DNA from: a virus
Reading direction: 5' to 3' (one strand)
IMG/VR virus record: IMGVR_UViG_3300042934_000822
Coordinates: 16,909-80,908 of that record
DNA length: 64,000 nt
The notes under the pieces were generated by a model. The model was not told the DNA's origin and did not search any database. It saw only the letters and a program-made list of their open reading frames with translations. The translations under genes and the position numbers were made by a program. The stretch's first letter is position 1; each line of letters opens with the position of its first letter. Of this stretch, positions 53,994-62,848 are shown one piece after another.

Positions 53994-55055
53994 TCATGGC
54001 TGCAGTTCCAGGAAGGCCATACACAGAGTGTCGAACAACGGGCTAGGCTTAGAACAAGGTGTGCGCTGTGCGTTATAGCGCCCCTCGCTGTCAAAGGTCA
54101 TGGTGTAGGGCAACCTCATACCCTCGCCTAAGATCGCTCGCCTGTCTTGCTCATCATTGTGAGCAGCCAGGCGACCACCCCGTACCGCCTCAGCCGCAGA
54201 TACCAGGCCCATAGCTCTCAGGCTCTGGAACCTCTTTCTGTTTTCTTTGTGCCGTGGCGCTGAACGCCAATCGACCTGGCGAACCTTGACGCCCTCGATT
54301 CTCAGCACCTCCGCGAAGCAAGTTCCCAGATTGCTGCCGTCCACCACGGCAAACGGATCATTCATGCAGGTCATCATTCCGGCGATGCGCCGCGCCTCGA
54401 CCCAAGGATCAAGCGTATGCGTATGGGCTAGGGTGGCCATCACTTCGACCTTGAGCGGTTTCCTGCCTGCACTCATGGCGTCGCCAGCCACCCGGTAGTG
54501 CATTGCGATCAAGGTTTCGCCCTCGATGAAGACACCCACAACATCACGCGCATCTGGCCCTGTCAGTTCCCCTGGTCCGAACTCTGGCATCAAGCAGCGG
54601 CGAAGTTGCTCCTCTTCGATTCGAAGTTTGGAAGCCGAGTCAGTAGCTGGCTTCCACCCCTCATTCACCGTCAGGCGGACCTTTTGGGCTTGCAGCTCAA
54701 GCACCTGAGTTTTGAGCACCTGACTACGCTCCACCAGGTTCACCGCCAGCATTTCGAGCGCAGCCTGGTAGGTCAGGTGCCCCTGCTGAGCAAGGCGCAA
54801 TGCGTTATTGATCTCTGGGCAGGTATAGGCCAGCGCGTTCAGGCGGCCACGGTAGCCCTCCAGCTGTTGATCCCCAGCGGCTCTCGCCTCCTCCTGCCCG
54901 GTCAGGTCTTTCAGACGCTCTAGCATCTGATCGGCCAGTGTGCAGTGGTCCACAGCATCAAGGATTGGCATAGGCACGAACTCCACCCCCATCTTGGCCA
55001 TGGCCTCTGCCGCGCCGAGGGAGGTTTTCAGCAGGTGTGGGTGAGCAGGCTTCAC
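53994..55055 (-). CDS. Fusion of an unknown helical N-terminal region to a degenerate paralog of the TerL nuclease domain
   Basis: AVVDGSNLG, ENRKRFQSLRA, EAVRGG, RLPY..DSEGRY and LFDTLCMAFLE match TerL IVVDTNGMG, EYRKRFLNQRA, EAIKDG, RMPYHLDELGRY and LFDTVAMAYLE. Confidence 0.75.
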   Translation of the reverse strand: MKPAHPHLLKTSLGAAEAMAKMGVEFVPMPILDAVDHCTLADQMLERLKDLTGQEEARAAGDQQLEGYRGRLNALAYTCPEINNALRLAQQGHLTYQAALEMLAVNLVERSQVLKTQVLELQAQKVRLTVNEGWKPATDSASKLRIEEEQLRRCLMPEFGPGELTGPDARDVVGVFIEGETLIAMHYRVAGDAMSAGRKPLKVEVMATLAHTHTLDPWVEARRIAGMMTCMNDPFAVVDGSNLGTCFAEVLRIEGVKVRQVDWRSAPRHKENRKRFQSLRAMGLVSAAEAVRGGRLAAHNDEQDRRAILGEGMRLPYTMTFDSEGRYNAQRTPCSKPSPLFDTLCMAFLELQP

Positions 55056-55885
55056 GATTGCACCTCAGCCAATTGGTCGCGTTGTTCACGGTACGCGGCG
55101 GCTGCGGCCACGTCTTCTGCAGTCACGGTGTACGGTTGGATCTCATGCACCTCGTAGAAACCCACACTGCAGTGGCGGTCAAACCATGCGCCAACCGGCT
55201 CCATTAGCTTGTCCAGCTCTTTCATCTGGTCAGCGTCGATCTCAGGAAAGTTATCGGCGAATTCGCTTTCATCGGCCGCGCGCTCGTTCATGTGCTGCCA
55301 GATATCGTCGGAGTCCGGCACATAGCTGCTGGCCTTATTGCGGCGGATTTTGCCTCGGTAGATAACCGTTCCTTTTGCCAGTTCGTGATCGGCAACGTAT
55401 GCCGCTACACCGTCATCACGCCAATCTTCGGTGTGGTGATTACTACCGAAGGCATATTCGATCTGTGGCGCTACTGCAGCTGCCTTAGCTGGTGTTGGGA
55501 TGATGGATACCGGGGCCGGCTTCCCACGGGATGCCATGATGGCTGCCCTTTCCGAATCAGTGACCATCATTGAACTCATCACGACAATGTCGTGCGGCCA
55601 TTGTGGCTTGTCGATCGGTGGGAGCAGGTGTCCATCCACCTTCGAAAGATCTGCTCTTAAATCGGGGAAAGTAACCCCCCCTACGCCATCGCCCTGCGCT
55701 GGATGCCAGGACCAAAGCATTCCCTGCTTTTCCGCCTTTCCTAGAATCTGATACTCGCGGTTCAATGCGATCGCACAGACGAACGCAGGCCGATATACGA
55801 CGCAGGCAACGAAAAACTTCCTGCCAACCAGGTAGTAGCCTTCGCCCGTGATCTGCTCAATTCCATCCAATTGCATAATTTCCAT
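55052..55885 (-). CDS. Hypothetical protein
   Basis: GAGG RBS before ATG 55885; acidic C-terminal domain. Confidence 0.6.
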   Translation of the reverse strand: MEIMQLDGIEQITGEGYYLVGRKFFVACVVYRPAFVCAIALNREYQILGKAEKQGMLWSWHPAQGDGVGGVTFPDLRADLSKVDGHLLPPIDKPQWPHDIVVMSSMMVTDSERAAIMASRGKPAPVSIIPTPAKAAAVAPQIEYAFGSNHHTEDWRDDGVAAYVADHELAKGTVIYRGKIRRNKASSYVPDSDDIWQHMNERAADESEFADNFPEIDADQMKELDKLMEPVGAWFDRHCSVGFYEVHEIQPYTVTAEDVAAAAAYREQRDQLAEVQS

Positions 55886-55965
55886 CAGATGTTCCTCATG
55901 AACGTGTTTGGCTGCGGCTGTGGTCAGCGCGCGTATTGTCTGAGTGTCAATGGTCACAGCTGCTG

Positions 55966-56505
55966 CTACGGGCCAGTAGGAAGTGGGATCCTGAATGGAA
56001 TACCTCTCAGGTTGCGTCGATAGTCTCCATTGGGGCCATCGTATCTGTCGTATTCCACGAAGGTGACGTTCTCGCCCGCCAGCTCCTCGTCGATGATTGC
56101 GCTGATGATGTTCCAATCGCCCCCGCCCCGGGCAGCGCCGATCGCCGGTACCGCGAAGCGCAGGCCCTGGCCACCGTACTCGGCGCGCAGGCCCGCGAAG
56201 ACCGATCGCACGGCGGTGTACTGGGTCAGTGGCCCGCCACCTGGGCCTACACCTGCCCAGTTGAACTGGGTGTAGGCGTTGACGATGACGCCCTGGGCCA
56301 CGATGGCCTTGGAGTAGGTACCCAGCTTGGCGGGGTCATGGATAGGCGTCTGCATGTCCGCCTGCAGCGCCTCGGGGAATGCCTGGCTGATTGTGCGAGC
56401 GATGCCGTCGTCCATGTTGCAGTGGCAGTTCTGGCCATGGACGATGACGTCGAACCGGCCTGCTTTGAAAAGGGCCACCAGGTCGCCACGGATTGAGTGC
56501 AGCAT
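55966..56505 (-). CDS. Macro-domain (ADP-ribose-processing) protein
   Basis: IRGDL...IVHGQNCHCNMDDGIA...VNAYTQ...PAIGAARGGGDW. Confidence 0.85.
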   Translation of the reverse strand: MLHSIRGDLVALFKAGRFDVIVHGQNCHCNMDDGIARTISQAFPEALQADMQTPIHDPAKLGTYSKAIVAQGVIVNAYTQFNWAGVGPGGGPLTQYTAVRSVFAGLRAEYGGQGLRFAVPAIGAARGGGDWNIISAIIDEELAGENVTFVEYDRYDGPNGDYRRNLRGIPFRIPLPTGP

Positions 56506-56506
56506 T

Positions 56507-57283
56507 TCAGTTGTCTCCTTTGCTAGCCAGAGCGGCGCGGGCCATCCAGAACTTCTCAGCCGTATCAAGCCTCCCCTCGTTGAGGTATGGGATGCCGAGC
56601 AAGGCTTTTCCGAACTCCGCCCGTTCGTCGATCTCGACTGGCGCACTCGGCTGCGACGTCAGGTTTCCAGCCCGGGCAGCGAGGCAATTGCTGCACAGTT
56701 CGCCGGAATGGATGTGATCGTTCCTGGCATCCACCCAGTTATGCGCGCAAGCGCTCGGCTCTGCGCTGGCGGATAGGTTGGCTTCGATGCGGTGATGCAG
56801 GTCTATCGACTCGGCTGTTGAAAAAACGTCGTCCCATAGCAACGCGTTTGTATTGACCACGCCCTGCAGCAACTGGCCTCGCTCGGCCACCTGAGCGCGA
56901 GCATTGTTGCGCTCAAACGTCAGCCGTCCGGCTGTTCCTCTCCACTTGGCAGCCTCGCATCGCAGCCGCTCAACCTCGGCACGATCGGCAAGCGGGCCAA
57001 GCGGCCTGATATCGACCGTGTGACCCACCGCACGATAGTGGGCGGCTGTTGCGTCAGCCTTGTTATGGGTCCGCGCAAGCAACGTCGTGTATCCAGACAC
57101 CTCAATTTCGAATGCCACCGGCTCGCCTTGGCCCTGCTGGGCTGGCTGGCCGAAAACGTTCTCTGCAATGAGGTCTGCGCTGATTTCGTTAAGCGCCTGC
57201 ACCTGCTCGAGCGCAGCCGTGAGCGACTCGAGGGTGAAGGTTCGGGTTCCGTGGGTGCTGCTGGGTCGTTTTTCTTGGGGCAT
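56507..57283 (-). CDS. Hypothetical mosaic phage protein (Ea22-like style)
   Basis: QGEPVA, AEVERLR, ERAEF...WMARAAL motifs typical of Pseudomonas phage early ORFs. Confidence 0.6.
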   Translation of the reverse strand: MPQEKRPSSTHGTRTFTLESLTAALEQVQALNEISADLIAENVFGQPAQQGQGEPVAFEIEVSGYTTLLARTHNKADATAAHYRAVGHTVDIRPLGPLADRAEVERLRCEAAKWRGTAGRLTFERNNARAQVAERGQLLQGVVNTNALLWDDVFSTAESIDLHHRIEANLSASAEPSACAHNWVDARNDHIHSGELCSNCLAARAGNLTSQPSAPVEIDERAEFGKALLGIPYLNEGRLDTAEKFWMARAALASKGDN

Positions 57284-57297
57284 GGGGTGCTCCTTGC

Positions 57298-58221
57298 CTA
57301 TGCGGCTTCAAGTAGGGCTTCGATGACGCGCTGGCCGGCCAGCGGCGGAACTGCATTGCCTGCCATGTGCATGGTCAGCCGGTGGTTATCCGGGCGCCGA
57401 GTGTCGGCAGGAAAGGACTGCGCGGCCAGGGCCTCGCTGGCGCTGAGCATCCGCATCCGCCCGCCGTCGACCAGTGCCCAGCGATCCAAGGTGGTGATGG
57501 TGCCGATCGGGCGGTTCATGTCGCGCCCGGTCAGCCCAGACCCCTTGCCGTAGTAGGGCATGATGAACCGCTCGCCGAACCGTGCCCGGCCGTTGCGCAC
57601 GCGGTCGAGCGTGGCCTGGGCTCGGCCCGGCTTCTCGATTGCCGACCAGCGCCCAGCATCAAAGTCCAGGAAACTGGCGGCCGGGATGTGCTGGCGCTGC
57701 TGCAGGTTGAGCATCAGCGGTGCCCGGCTGCGGGTGATGACCAGGAACAGGCGCACCCGGTGCTGCGGCACGCCGAGGTCGGCGCAGTCCACCACATGCG
57801 GCGAGGCCTGGTAGCCCAGGGCCTGAACCGCGGCCAGCCAAGCTGGGTAAAGCGCCCAGTCGGTGAACTCGGGCACGTTCTCCACAAGCGCGGCTGGCGG
57901 CCTGTGGAATTCCAGCGCCGACACTACCGCCCAGGCTGTCGAGCGCGAAGAGTCATGCTGCGGGTTGCCGGAAGACTTGCCGCGCGCTTTCGAGTGGCCC
58001 TGGCAGCACGGCGAGGCCAGCAGCAGGTCATGCGCTGGCACCTGCTCCCAGCGCGCCTGGTGAAGATCCTGGCAAACGTGCTGGGTGTCGGGATGGTTGG
58101 CGCTGTGCCATTCGACGGCGGCCGGCCAGTGGTTTGCCGCCCATAGAACCTGGACGCCTGCGGCGCGCGCGCCGGTGCTCCATCCACCTAAACCGGCGAA
58201 CAGGTCGATTGCTGTTGGCAT
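57298..58221 (-). CDS. C5-cytosine DNA methyltransferase (orphan)
   Basis: DLFAGLGG, SPCCQG, ENV, QHRVRLF, GNAVPP. Confidence 0.92.
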   Translation of the reverse strand: MPTAIDLFAGLGGWSTGARAAGVQVLWAANHWPAAVEWHSANHPDTQHVCQDLHQARWEQVPAHDLLLASPCCQGHSKARGKSSGNPQHDSSRSTAWAVVSALEFHRPPAALVENVPEFTDWALYPAWLAAVQALGYQASPHVVDCADLGVPQHRVRLFLVITRSRAPLMLNLQQRQHIPAASFLDFDAGRWSAIEKPGRAQATLDRVRNGRARFGERFIMPYYGKGSGLTGRDMNRPIGTITTLDRWALVDGGRMRMLSASEALAAQSFPADTRRPDNHRLTMHMAGNAVPPLAGQRVIEALLEAA

Positions 58222-58229
58222 GGGATACC

Positions 58230-59009
58230 TCAAGCCTGAGTGAGCTGCAGTGGATGCTCGCCACCGGTGGCCAGCCCTGGGTTGATCTCTACGCGCTGCC
58301 CGGCCAGCAGGCCGGCAATCTGCGCTTCCAGGTCCAGCTCGATCTCGGGATTCTTGCGGGCTTTGCCTATCTCCTTGCCTGCTAGGTACTGCTCGATCAG
58401 AGCTTTGTCCTGAGCTTCAACCGCGACCAGGTCGCGGCCGCTTGCGCGGCTCGGCAGGGCGGCATCCTCTTCGCCGCGCGGCACCAGGTCGTGGATCTTG
58501 CTGTACACCGCCGAGACCCATGCGAGTGCGAAGTGGTTGCCGGCGGTCTCGGGCGAGTAGCGACTGCGGCGCTGCCCGGCCCTGACCTGCGATACGTACT
58601 CACGCCGCGCGGCGGTCAGCTTGGCCAGCAGCGCCTCATAGGCGTACATGGCGATTTGCGGGGCAGGCGTCACGCCGACGAACTGCGCGCGCGCCACGAC
58701 GCGGCCGGCAGCCTTGCTCCAGCGCTTCACGTCCAGGGGGCGCACGCCGAATGCTCTTGCCACGATCGCGCTGAGTTGCCTGTCCCATGTTGGTCGGCGA
58801 GTGATTCGGTATTCCTTCGAGTCAACCTCGCCGACGTCGCTCAGCCGAACATCAACCTCGGTCAGGCGGTATTCGCGCATCAGCGCCTGGGCCTGGCGCA
58901 TCGCGGTCGCGGCTTCGGTTTCGTTGGAGCTGGCTGATAGGGCCAGGCAGCGTTTGATCTTGCGGATCACGCGCTCGAGCTTGGCGTCATCGATTTTCTT
59001 GGCAGTCAT
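58230..59009 (-). CDS. DUF2786-domain protein
   Basis: KIKRCLALSASSNETEAATAMRQAQALMREY. Confidence 0.8.
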   Translation of the reverse strand: MTAKKIDDAKLERVIRKIKRCLALSASSNETEAATAMRQAQALMREYRLTEVDVRLSDVGEVDSKEYRITRRPTWDRQLSAIVARAFGVRPLDVKRWSKAAGRVVARAQFVGVTPAPQIAMYAYEALLAKLTAARREYVSQVRAGQRRSRYSPETAGNHFALAWVSAVYSKIHDLVPRGEEDAALPSRASGRDLVAVEAQDKALIEQYLAGKEIGKARKNPEIELDLEAQIAGLLAGQRVEINPGLATGGEHPLQLTQA

Positions 59010-59054
59010 GGGCGATCCTCGCCGGTTGGCGTGAAAGAAATTGAGAGGGGAGCG

Positions 59055-60005
59055 CTACTCGCAGAGGCCGTAGGCCGAGGAGCAACTGTGCTGGCTATCG
59101 GCGCGGGCGATCAGGTCGACCATGTCGAATTGGCGACCGCCGCGGGCCGTATTGGCCCACTTGACCATCCGGTCGATTCCATGAGTGGCCTGTGTGATGT
59201 TGTCGTTCGCATGCACGGTCGGATCGTTTACGGCCGGAAAGAACGTGGCGGCGCCACGCTTACTGGCGATGCTCACTAGGCGCTCCCACTCGCGCACCCT
59301 GGCGACCTCTTCTGGCCACCTGGAGGCAATCTCGCGTAGCTCGTCCTTTGCGCACATGATGCATGGCATGCAGCCGACGCGATTGCACCCCTGGAGGTAC
59401 AGCGGGTTTGGCTTGATTCCTGCGGCGCGGTGGGCTTCGAATACGGCCCGGACGGGCCACTTCAAAATCGGTCGATAGTTGAACAGGCCGCCACCCACCT
59501 CGTCACATTCCGGCAGGTAGCGGCGGTTGAGAGATTCATCGGCGCGCACGCCCTGCCACGACACAATCATGCTGTCGCCGTCCATCAGCGGGAGAAACAC
59601 CTGCTCGATGATCGGGTTGCGTTTGAGTTCGTCGGTGCAAAAGCGAGTCTTCGACCCAGGGAAGCGACCCTTCCAGAGGCAAAGGTCGAGGAAAGGGTTT
59701 CCGGTCGGATGCAGCACATCCAGAGCGGCCAGCACGATGCTTTCGGGCACCCCCTGGGACCGCCACTTCGTTTCGATGAACTTGCGCTTGCCAGCGATCT
59801 GCCTGGCGAAGTCCGCCTTGACCCAACGGATCGGCACGCCCGTGGCTTCGGCCAGGTAGTGCACGTAGTCATAGGTGGCCGGGTGTTCATGCCCAGTGTC
59901 AGCGAACACAGCACTGAGATTGGGCACTTCCAGCTCACGGGCGACCAGCAGCGTGGCGGTGCTGTCTTTACCGCCGCTGATGCTGACGATGTTGTGTTCG
60001 CTCAT
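59055..60005 (-). CDS. PAPS-reductase-family (PP-loop, Fe-S Cys) protein
   Basis: SISGGKDS, FADTG, RFCT..LK, GVRADES..R, RVGCMPC. Confidence 0.9.
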   Translation of the reverse strand: MSEHNIVSISGGKDSTATLLVARELEVPNLSAVFADTGHEHPATYDYVHYLAEATGVPIRWVKADFARQIAGKRKFIETKWRSQGVPESIVLAALDVLHPTGNPFLDLCLWKGRFPGSKTRFCTDELKRNPIIEQVFLPLMDGDSMIVSWQGVRADESLNRRYLPECDEVGGGLFNYRPILKWPVRAVFEAHRAAGIKPNPLYLQGCNRVGCMPCIMCAKDELREIASRWPEEVARVREWERLVSIASKRGAATFFPAVNDPTVHANDNITQATHGIDRMVKWANTARGGRQFDMVDLIARADSQHSCSSAYGLCE

Positions 60006-60394
60006 GCCTGCATCACTACGGTCGGGATCTCCATCGATTCGCCGATGCTGCGCAGGACAACCAGCCGACAGGCCGCCTCGAGGTGACCGGTACCAGGCGC
60101 CGAGGTCATCAGGTCACGCTTGGAGTAAGCGACGTAGCTGGACAGGCCCAAGGGCGTGCAGTCGAGGGGGTTGAAGCAGATATCGTGCTCGGCCAGCAAA
60201 GCGCCGCCGGCGCGCCAATCTGAGGTCGGTGAGTACTTATCCCGAGTCGAGATCAGGTTGAAGCGCACACACTGGCCCGCCAGGTCGAAGGTGATAGGCA
60301 GCTTCTGGGCGATACCCACCGCCCAGTCGAGGGCCAGGCCGGTCAGTTCCAGCGTGTTCACTCGGACCGTGTCCAATTTCCGGGCGGCGCTCAT
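60002..60394 (-). CDS. NinX/DUF2591-like protein
   Basis: LTGLALDWAV...YSPTSDW..GG.L...LEAACR. Confidence 0.75.
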   Translation of the reverse strand: MSAARKLDTVRVNTLELTGLALDWAVGIAQKLPITFDLAGQCVRFNLISTRDKYSPTSDWRAGGALLAEHDICFNPLDCTPLGLSSYVAYSKRDLMTSAPGTGHLEAACRLVVLRSIGESMEIPTVVMQA

Positions 60395-60798
60395 TGGGAC
60401 ACCACCAGCGCCGCAGGCACGTCGACATGGTTGCCATGCTTCGCCCGCACCAGAGCACGCAGGACAGCCACGCCCTTCGAGGAGCCTATACCGACCGAGT
60501 CCGGCGTAGCGCTGGCGTAGTACTGCTTACCATCAGGCATCTGACCCCAGCCGCCTTCGGGCTCCAGGCACTCGCCCAACTCAACCAGGTGAGCGTCGAC
60601 CAGCTCCCACATTTGCGCGGCATTGGTCAGAGGTGCCCACTCCAGCGATCGGAAGTGCGCCATGGCAACAGTAGGGTGCTGACCTTCCTCAGCTGCAGGA
60701 ACGATGACCAAGTCCTGGCCAGCCACGACGCCGGCGGCGTACTCAAGGGGCGCACCGTCGAGGGTCTGGGTTTCAACAGTCACTTTCGCGTCGATCAT
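60391..60798 (-). CDS. Second NinX/DUF2591-like paralog
   Basis: LDGAPLEYAA...WAPLTN...VAVLRALV...VDVP; ATG 60798. Confidence 0.6.
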   Translation of the reverse strand: MIDAKVTVETQTLDGAPLEYAAGVVAGQDLVIVPAAEEGQHPTVAMAHFRSLEWAPLTNAAQMWELVDAHLVELGECLEPEGGWGQMPDGKQYYASATPDSVGIGSSKGVAVLRALVRAKHGNHVDVPAALVVSQ

Positions 60799-61541
60799 TG
60801 CGCAGTACCTTGCGTCTTTGTGGCCCGAGGGCGCTTTTGCTTGATAGGCACGCCATCTGCTGGCGCTGTGGAGGTTCCAGCAAAGGCTGTGTTGCCGCCG
60901 CTTTCGAAATTGGAGGGGGAGCCCTCGACCAGGAACGGTTCGACCAGGTGCCAGGTCCACCTGCCGTTGGTGGCCTGTGTCAGCCAGTTCGCCCAGGCGG
61001 GCGCATCCTCCCATCGAGGTGGGGGCTTGATTCGGGTTCTGGCTTTTGCCGGCGCACGCGTGGGCTTTGGCTTGCCTGGCGCCAGCTTGGCTGGCCTGGG
61101 TAGGCCTTTCTCCTCGGCTTCGGCTGCCTCCCGCACGCGCAGGCCCTGTTCGAAGATCTTGCTGACCGTGCGAGAGCCCAAGCCGTCCTCGGGCATGATT
61201 CCGCGATCGCAGTGAGGGCAGCACGGAAGATCCGCGCGCGAGCGCCACACGCTTTCAACCTGCTTGGCCGCCTTGAGGTGGAGGCTCAACTGGCTAGCCT
61301 CATGGACCGCGGTCTTTTCGCTTTCAAGGCGATCCACCTGGCGCTTCCAGTCCGTCGCCAGCATCTGCAGCGCCCAGTACGCGGATACCTGTGATTCGCA
61401 GTCCATGCACTTGACCACCTCGCCGACGTCATCAAGCCGAATACGCTTGTGCTGGCAGCCTTTCACGCGTCGGGCGTGATCATCCTTGAGCCTGGCGATC
61501 TGCAGATCGGCGAACTGTACAACGTTGGATAAGTCGCTCAT
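60795..61541 (-). CDS. Cys-rich hypothetical protein
   Basis: CQH...CMDC, CPHC; C-terminal WEDAPAWANWL. Confidence 0.65.
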   Translation of the reverse strand: MSDLSNVVQFADLQIARLKDDHARRVKGCQHKRIRLDDVGEVVKCMDCESQVSAYWALQMLATDWKRQVDRLESEKTAVHEASQLSLHLKAAKQVESVWRSRADLPCCPHCDRGIMPEDGLGSRTVSKIFEQGLRVREAAEAEEKGLPRPAKLAPGKPKPTRAPAKARTRIKPPPRWEDAPAWANWLTQATNGRWTWHLVEPFLVEGSPSNFESGGNTAFAGTSTAPADGVPIKQKRPRATKTQGTAQ

Positions 61542-61638
61542 GGCAAGCTCCCTGTGGCCTGGCGAGCATCATACCCATCCGCGTACAAATCCAATAGCGA
61601 TTTATTAATATATTTTGATTTTGTCTAAGCTCGAGGCG

Positions 61639-61663
61639 AAAAAAATCCCGGTGGCCCGGGATT
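61639..61663 (-). terminator. Rho-independent terminator
   Basis: A-tract plus aatcccgg/ccgggatt hairpin. Confidence 0.6.
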
Positions 61664-61782
61664 CTCGCTTGCGGTGGCTGAGGTCGTGACGAACAGATCG
61701 GCGCTCACCAATACGGCCTGGCAGACGCCGAAAGGTCGTGATTCCTAAATAGGTATCCCACCCAACCCGGGATATCCCACTG

Positions 61783-61944
61783 ATGCGCTATATCGAAGTT
61801 TTAGCTCTGGTCGCGAGCGTGCTCGCCTCACTCGCCACCGCCTGCAGCGTTTTCAAGGCACCTGAGCCAGCCCCGACTGAGGTCAGCATTACAGTCAACG
61901 GGCCGGTGAATGCGCCGATAAGTGTTTTGGTGGCGCCTCGCTGA
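61783..61944 (+). CDS. Possible small exported protein or lipoprotein (53 aa)
   Basis: MRYIEVLALVASVLASLATAC..., imperfect lipobox; no clear RBS. Confidence 0.3.
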   Translation: MRYIEVLALVASVLASLATACSVFKAPEPAPTEVSITVNGPVNAPISVLVAPR

Positions 61945-61973
61945 GGTGCGCAGAGCTATCGCCTGGCCACGGC

Positions 61974-62234
61974 CTATATCTCGAAGGCGATCGGCTCGTT
62001 CAGGTGCGAACGCGCATCGAGCGCCAACCAGCCTGCCAACTCCTTGCCTGTCTCGGCATAGGCGGTATCCACCAGGGCGGCCTTGTCTGGGGACAGCGCT
62101 TCCCGCTGATGGAAGTAGGCATGTGCTGCCTGCCGGTACGCGTTCAACGCGTCCATGGCTTCCGGGCTCAGCGTCAGCGTGAGGGGCTCAGTCAGCACTG
62201 CAGGTGCTGAGTTGCTGGAATGTGCAGTAGGCAT
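61974..62234 (-). CDS. Small hypothetical protein
   Basis: AAGGAG RBS; 86 aa; directly after higA. Confidence 0.6.
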   Translation of the reverse strand: MPTAHSSNSAPAVLTEPLTLTLSPEAMDALNAYRQAAHAYFHQREALSPDKAALVDTAYAETGKELAGWLALDARSHLNEPIAFEI

Positions 62235-62246
62235 AGGGCTCTCCTT

Positions 62247-62534
62247 TCAGGCTATGGCTGCAAATCGGGCGATCGCCGGCTGTTCGCGGTGTTCGGCCTG
62301 CCACAGATCATAGTCGACCTGGACAGCGAGCCAGGTACGTGCGCGCCCGATGCCTGCGCGCTCCAAGCGCACGGCAAGGTCGGGACTGATCGGCGCCCGT
62401 CCGTGCAGCACCCGCGAGAGAGTCTCCCGAGAGAAGCCCAAGCGGCGCGCCAGCTCGGCGATCTTGATGCCCAGCTCCGGTAGAACGTCCTCGAGCAGGG
62501 TTTCGCCAGGATGTGGGGGGTTGTGCATAGGCAT
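62247..62534 (-). CDS. higA: HigA-family antitoxin
   Basis: MHNPPHPGE...ELARRLGFSRETLSRVLHGRAPISPDLAVRL...WLAVQ..YDLW. Confidence 0.93.
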   Translation of the reverse strand: MPMHNPPHPGETLLEDVLPELGIKIAELARRLGFSRETLSRVLHGRAPISPDLAVRLERAGIGRARTWLAVQVDYDLWQAEHREQPAIARFAAIA

Positions 62535-62544
62535 GATGCGATCC

Positions 62545-62823
62545 TCAGTGGTAGTCGAGGTAGTCGACGAGTTCGACGTCGCTTCCAACGAAACGAAAGA
62601 TGACCCGCCAGTTCCCGCTGATGGTGATTGACCAGTATCCGTCCAGGTTGCCTTTGAGGGCATGAAGGCGCCAGCCAGGAAGGTCGACGTCGGCCGGTGC
62701 TGTGGCTCGGTCCAGGAAGGGCAGCACACGCCCCAGGCGCTTGGCATGGTCGGCGCGGATCCCCTTGGTGGACCCAGTTTCGAAGAAGGCTCGAAGCCCT
62801 TTGTGCTGGAAGGTCTTGATCAT
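62545..62823 (-). CDS. higB: HigB/RelE-family toxin
   Basis: MIKTFQHKGL...LHALKG...WSITISGNWRVIFRF...DYLDYH. Confidence 0.93.
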   Translation of the reverse strand: MIKTFQHKGLRAFFETGSTKGIRADHAKRLGRVLPFLDRATAPADVDLPGWRLHALKGNLDGYWSITISGNWRVIFRFVGSDVELVDYLDYH

Positions 62824-62831
62824 GGCAAAGT

Positions 62832-62848
62832 GTGACCTATGACGTCAC
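62832..62848. promoter_or_regulatory. Palindromic higBA operator candidate
   Basis: GTGAC-N7-GTCAC immediately upstream of higB. Confidence 0.5.

Noticed and set aside
59055-60005. PAPS reductase as a sulfur-assimilation gene or a complete Dnd system
   Set aside because: No other cys or dnd genes nearby; the context is a phage early region.
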